The notes under the pieces are model-generated. The model worked only from the letters and a program-made list of their open reading frames with translations, was not told the DNA's origin and did no database searches. From the NCBI GenBank assembly GCA_964637205.1, contig CAZWUR010000006.1, positions 5,780 through 69,779 on the forward strand: a DNA stretch of 64,000 nucleotides. Reading direction: 5' to 3'. The stretch is from an uncultured Rubrivivax sp. (GTDB taxonomy: Bacteria; Pseudomonadota; Gammaproteobacteria; Burkholderiales; Burkholderiaceae_C). The position numbers and the translations under genes were made by a program. Each line of letters begins with the position of its first letter. Positions within the stretch are counted from its first letter, which is position 1. Positions 60,068 to 64,000 of the stretch are shown in pieces.

Positions 60068-61552
60068 GTGAAGATCCTGCTAGAAATGCGGCCGGCGCTG
60101 GATGGCCATGCCGGCATTCCCCAGGAGACCCGGCTGCTCTTCCATGGCCTGTCGCGCCTCGACGGTGTCGAGGTGCTGGGTCTGTTGCAGAGCGGCAACC
60201 TGGTGCTTGATGGCGGGCTGCCGGTCAGGCGAGGTGCGATCGACCTGGGCGGCGATGCCTCGGTCCGGGCTGAGCGAATGTCCAGCGTCGTCGTGTCGCT
60301 GCAGCAGGGGCCGGCTTCGCACCGCTTCGAGCACATCCGCAAGCGGCTGTTGTTCTTCGGCGGCGCGCTGACCGCTGCGGCCGGGTCGGTGCTGGGTCGA
60401 CTCGTGCCGCTCACCGGATTCGTGCCCACGGGGTTCGAGGACTTCGTCTGGCGCTCGATGTTCTCGAAGTCGCTGCCGGTCGAGGACTTCGGCGACGTCA
60501 CGCGCGGCGAGTTCCGGGTCATGCGCTGGCCCTGGTCGGCGGTCAACGCAGTCGGGGTGGCGACAGCGGCCCTCGGCCACGCGCTGTACCCGAGACTGGA
60601 CACCGAGGGTATCGACCTCATGATCGCCGAAACGCCCTATCCGGGGCGCGTCAGCGGGCGAACCCGCATGGTGGTGCGCTACCACGACGCCATCCCGCTG
60701 CTGATGCCGCACACCATCAAGGATCGGGGCTACCACCGCGCGATGCATTTCCATGCCCTGAAGCGAAACGCCCACGACGGCGCCTGGTTCGCCTGCGTCT
60801 CCGACGCAACCCGCGCCGACCTGCTGTCGGTGCTGCCCGAAGTCGAGCCGCGCGCGGTCACCATCCCGAACATGGTTTCGTCGCACTTCCGGCCGGAGCC
60901 TGATTCGGCGACCCGCGTGCCCGAAATCCTCTGGAGTCGCAAGAACCGGACGGCGCCGCACGAGGGTGGGGCGCCGGTTGACCCGTCCGATGAGATCGAC
61001 GGGGAACTTCCCTACCTGCTGATGGTGTCCACCATCGAGCCGCGCAAGAACCACCTGGCCCTGCTCGACGCCTGGGAACTCCTGCGCAGCGGCGCCTTTG
61101 CGGGACTCAACCTGGTCATCGTCGGCGGCATGGGCTGGGACCATGGCGCAATCGTGCAGCGCTTGTCGCCCTGGCTCAAGCGCGGCGGCTTGCACCTGCT
61201 CGAAAACGTGCCGGCGGACGACCTTCGCCTCTTGTATCGGCATGCCCGCGTGACCGTCGCACCGAGCTTCGGCGAGGGTTTCGACTTCGCTGGAATCGAA
61301 TCCATGCGCTCGGGCGGTCTCGTCGTCGCTTCGGACATCCGGGTCCACCGCGACGTCTATGCCGACGCGGCCGAGTACTTCAATACCTATTCGCCGCGCG
61401 ACCTGGCCGAGGTGGTGGCCGGCCTGCTTGATCCGGCAGCAGCGCCCCGGCGAGCGGCTTTGCGCGAAGCCGGCGCTCGCGTCGCTGAACGTTATCTGCC
61501 GCAGGCCGTCCTGTTGCAGTGGCAGGACTTCCTGCGGCGGGTCGCAGCCTGA
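60068..61552 (+). CDS. Glycosyltransferase GT4 (WcbE-like)
   Basis: GTG start with GAGGA RBS; YHDAIP, STIEPRKN, PSFGEGF..AGIESM. Confidence 0.87.
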   Translation: MKILLEMRPALDGHAGIPQETRLLFHGLSRLDGVEVLGLLQSGNLVLDGGLPVRRGAIDLGGDASVRAERMSSVVVSLQQGPASHRFEHIRKRLLFFGGALTAAAGSVLGRLVPLTGFVPTGFEDFVWRSMFSKSLPVEDFGDVTRGEFRVMRWPWSAVNAVGVATAALGHALYPRLDTEGIDLMIAETPYPGRVSGRTRMVVRYHDAIPLLMPHTIKDRGYHRAMHFHALKRNAHDGAWFACVSDATRADLLSVLPEVEPRAVTIPNMVSSHFRPEPDSATRVPEILWSRKNRTAPHEGGAPVDPSDEIDGELPYLLMVSTIEPRKNHLALLDAWELLRSGAFAGLNLVIVGGMGWDHGAIVQRLSPWLKRGGLHLLENVPADDLRLLYRHARVTVAPSFGEGFDFAGIESMRSGGLVVASDIRVHRDVYADAAEYFNTYSPRDLAEVVAGLLDPAAAPRRAALREAGARVAERYLPQAVLLQWQDFLRRVAA

Positions 61553-61557
61553 GCGCG

Positions 61558-62508
61558 ATGGCCGGCTGGCGCGCGGCACTGGGGCGATTGCGCCGGCGTC
61601 TGCGGGGCGCCGACGACGCGGGGGTCTGGTTCGACGCCGACGAGATTGCCGAGGTGCACCGAGTTTATGCCGCCTCAGGCTCGGTGGCGGGCGGGCCATG
61701 GGACCGCTATCGTGACGCGCATTTGCGGCTGCCCGCGTGGTTCCGACCCGGCCTGGACCCCTGGAGCGAGGACTATGCGCGCCAGCAGCATCGGCTCTGG
61801 GCGCTGGTGGCCGGCGTCGAGCGCGACTACCGGGCGGAGGTCGACGAACAGGATGTTGGCTGGGACGATGCTGATCCCATCCGGCGGCCCGGCTACTACC
61901 AGCGCCGCGACCCGCTGGCTGTCGCGACCGCGGCCGACCACTGGCTGGCCACCGGCATGCTGATGCAGCACAGCGGCCTGCGCCCGGGCGACTGGGCGCT
62001 GGAGTACGGTCCGGGTTTCGGCCAGAGCGCCCTGGCTCTCGCACGCCTCGGTGTCAACGTCGACACCGTGGACATCTCACCGCGCTTCGTGCGGTTCATG
62101 GCGCGCCAGGCACGGCACTTTGACGTCCCGCTGCGCTCCTTCCGAGGTGCCTTCGGGCACCGACCCGACCCGGACCGGCACTATCAGCTGCTCTGGTTCT
62201 ACGAGAGCTTTCACCATTGCGTTGACTTCAGGCAACTGGTGCCGCGACTGGCCGAGATGCTTGCACCCGGGGGGCGCGTGATCCTGAGTGGCGAGCCCAT
62301 CGTCGAGGCCGAGTGCCCGGCGGTTCCCTATCCCTGGGGCGTGCGCCTGCACAGCGAAGTCGCTGCGGTGATGCGCACGACGGGCTGGTTCGAACTTGGT
62401 TTCACCGAGGCCTTCCTGTTCGAACTCTTCGGCCGAAGCGGGCTGCGCGGCCGGCGCGTCGACTGTGAACCGTCGCTGTTCGGGCGGCTGTATGTGTTCG
62501 AGCGCTGA
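61558..62508 (+). CDS. Class I SAM-dependent methyltransferase
   Basis: LEYGPGFG, TVDIS, FYESFHH, LAPGGRVILSGEP. Confidence 0.82.
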   Translation: MAGWRAALGRLRRRLRGADDAGVWFDADEIAEVHRVYAASGSVAGGPWDRYRDAHLRLPAWFRPGLDPWSEDYARQQHRLWALVAGVERDYRAEVDEQDVGWDDADPIRRPGYYQRRDPLAVATAADHWLATGMLMQHSGLRPGDWALEYGPGFGQSALALARLGVNVDTVDISPRFVRFMARQARHFDVPLRSFRGAFGHRPDPDRHYQLLWFYESFHHCVDFRQLVPRLAEMLAPGGRVILSGEPIVEAECPAVPYPWGVRLHSEVAAVMRTTGWFELGFTEAFLFELFGRSGLRGRRVDCEPSLFGRLYVFER

Positions 62509-62523
62509 GGCGTTCGCCGTAGG

Positions 62524-63282
62524 TCAGCCCGGCAGACCCATCAGATGCGGGTTGTCGAAGGGCAGGATGCGCTCGAGATCCAGGAGTCGGCCGACAGATT
62601 CGATCTGGCTGTCGATCTCGCCGAGCAGCGACCAACCGTAGCCCAGGGGCTGCAGGATCTCGAGGATGGCCACCAGCGTCGCTCGGCGCTTCGCGAACAG
62701 GAAGTTGTGCAGTTCGAGGTCGATGATCGGGCGCTGGGCCAGCAGCCTCGGCATGCCGCGCAGGGCCTGGAGGTCATGGCCCTCGACGTCGATCTTGATG
62801 AAGTCCACGCGGACGTCGGCCGGCAGGGCATCGTCCAGCCGCACGATGCGGACCATGTCGGACGCCGCCGTGCCGGCGATGTTGTCCCCGCCCATGACCA
62901 CCGTGTTGCTCGCGTTGTGCTCGATCCTGAAACTGGCATTCGTTTCGCCGACGCCAACGCCGTGCACCCGAATCTGCGGCATGCTGTTCAGGGCGGCGTT
63001 CGATTCGGCCACTTCGGCATTGCTCGGCAGGGCCTCGAAGGCATGCACCGTGCCGGACGGTCCGACGGCATGGGCAAACAGCACCGACATCATGCCGTGA
63101 TGAGCGCCGCAATCGACAACGGTCATTCCCGGGCGCAGTTGATCGAGGCACCATTCGCGTTCCCGCATCCACTGGTTCGGGCTGCCGTCGTACCAGGATC
63201 GTCCGGTTTCGTTGGCGATGTGGAAATCGAACCGGAAATCGCGGAAGTGACGGTCGCGGGCAATGTAGGGCGTGAAGGCCAT
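62524..63282 (-). CDS. FkbM family methyltransferase
   Basis: VVDCGAHHG, HAFEA, RLDD, FIKIDVEG. Confidence 0.9.
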   Translation of the reverse strand: MAFTPYIARDRHFRDFRFDFHIANETGRSWYDGSPNQWMREREWCLDQLRPGMTVVDCGAHHGMMSVLFAHAVGPSGTVHAFEALPSNAEVAESNAALNSMPQIRVHGVGVGETNASFRIEHNASNTVVMGGDNIAGTAASDMVRIVRLDDALPADVRVDFIKIDVEGHDLQALRGMPRLLAQRPIIDLELHNFLFAKRRATLVAILEILQPLGYGWSLLGEIDSQIESVGRLLDLERILPFDNPHLMGLPG

Positions 63283-63333
63283 GCGTTTCACCAAGAACTG
63301 CTGGGCGTCCTAGTATCGTCTGGGCATCCGCCC

Positions 63334-64000
63334 TCAGGCGCGCCGGAAAAACAGGAAGGCGCCGACGGCCCCGCCATGGTCGGTGAACTCTGCGTGCAGC
63401 CGTTCGACCCCCGCCCGCTGCACCACGTACAGCAATTCGCTGAGGTTGTAGAAGTTCATCTGCATCTCGGGGTCGGGCGACGGCGGCGGTGGGGGTGGCG
63501 GGGTGCCGGACAGGGAGCGCAGAGCCGAGGCCAGCCTGGACCTCAGCCCGGACGGCGGGGGGGGAGGGGGCAGGGGCTGACCGAAGTTGGCGTCGAAGTG
63601 ATCCCAGGCGAAGGTCACCTGCAGCGCGCCGAGTCCGCCCGGCCTGATCCTTTTCACCAGTTCCCGGAACAGCGCCTTGCCGCGATCCACCTCGATGTGC
63701 TGCAGCACGATGCAACTGTGGACCAGATCGAAGTCGCCGGACAGCGACGACAGCGTATCGTCGGACGGCAGCAGTTGCACATTGGTGATGCCCTGGGCAT
63801 CGCAGTTGCGGCGCGCCTCGGCCAGCATCGACGGCGACACGTCCATCCCGACGGCTTCGGACACCAGGCCGGCGAAAGGGATCAAGACGCGGCCGACGCC
63901 GCAGCCGAAATCGAAAACCCGCTGCGGTGCGAAGCCCGGATCCACGCGCTGCCGGCAGGTGTTCAGTACCTGCTCGGCATGCACGCGGCCCGACTCGAAG
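63334..64000 (-). CDS. Class I SAM-dependent methyltransferase (5' truncated by window edge)
   Basis: Frame open to the edge (FESGRVHAEQ...); DFGCGVGR, GMDVS, VLQHI; two polyproline tracts. Confidence 0.85.
   Translation of the reverse strand, partial: FESGRVHAEQVLNTCRQRVDPGFAPQRVFDFGCGVGRVLIPFAGLVSEAVGMDVSPSMLAEARRNCDAQGITNVQLLPSDDTLSSLSGDFDLVHSCIVLQHIEVDRGKALFRELVKRIRPGGLGALQVTFAWDHFDANFGQPLPPPPPPSGLRSRLASALRSLSGTPPPPPPPSPDPEMQMNFYNLSELLYVVQRAGVERLHAEFTDHGGAVGAFLFFRRA

Overview
High-GC betaproteobacterial chromosome segment (Burkholderiales-like, judged from gene order and protein style). Bases 1-42.8 kb are core genome: grxC-secB-gpsA, trmL, comF/bioC-like, a complete A1-type (c)aa3 cytochrome c oxidase and assembly cluster, rpoH with a CIRCE operator, a MASE1/CHASE hybrid kinase, ychF, xseB-ispA-dxs-folE2, a Rieske oxygenase-DMT-sulfurtransferase-usp run, ppx/ppk1, pirin, DMT, MOSC, ubiH-like-dsbC-M61 peptidase-DUF3108-enoyl-CoA hydratase, an orphan sensor kinase, and lysS. 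Bases 42.9-64 kb are an accessory surface-glycan region in two layers. The first is a Wzx-flippase lipid-linked oligosaccharide operon (dehydratase, aminotransferase, phosphoglycosyl transferase, three GTs, two SAM methyltransferases, no visible Wzy or acetyltransferase). The second is a compositionally distinct ABC-transporter capsule module (manC, GTs, kpsE/M/T-like) with three more methyltransferases. I saw no tRNA/rRNA, integrase, IS, CRISPR or defence system. I cannot demonstrate a wholly new system. The best leads are the methyltransferase-rich hybrid glycan locus, an 8-bp stop/start 'staircase' of mini-ORFs linking dsbC to the M61 peptidase, a shared FNR-like 15-mer in front of the cox operon and an orphan kinase, palindromic 30-bp repeats inside a CDS, and recurrent leaderless/bidirectional promoters. 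All family calls come from motif recognition by eye; no database searches were run.
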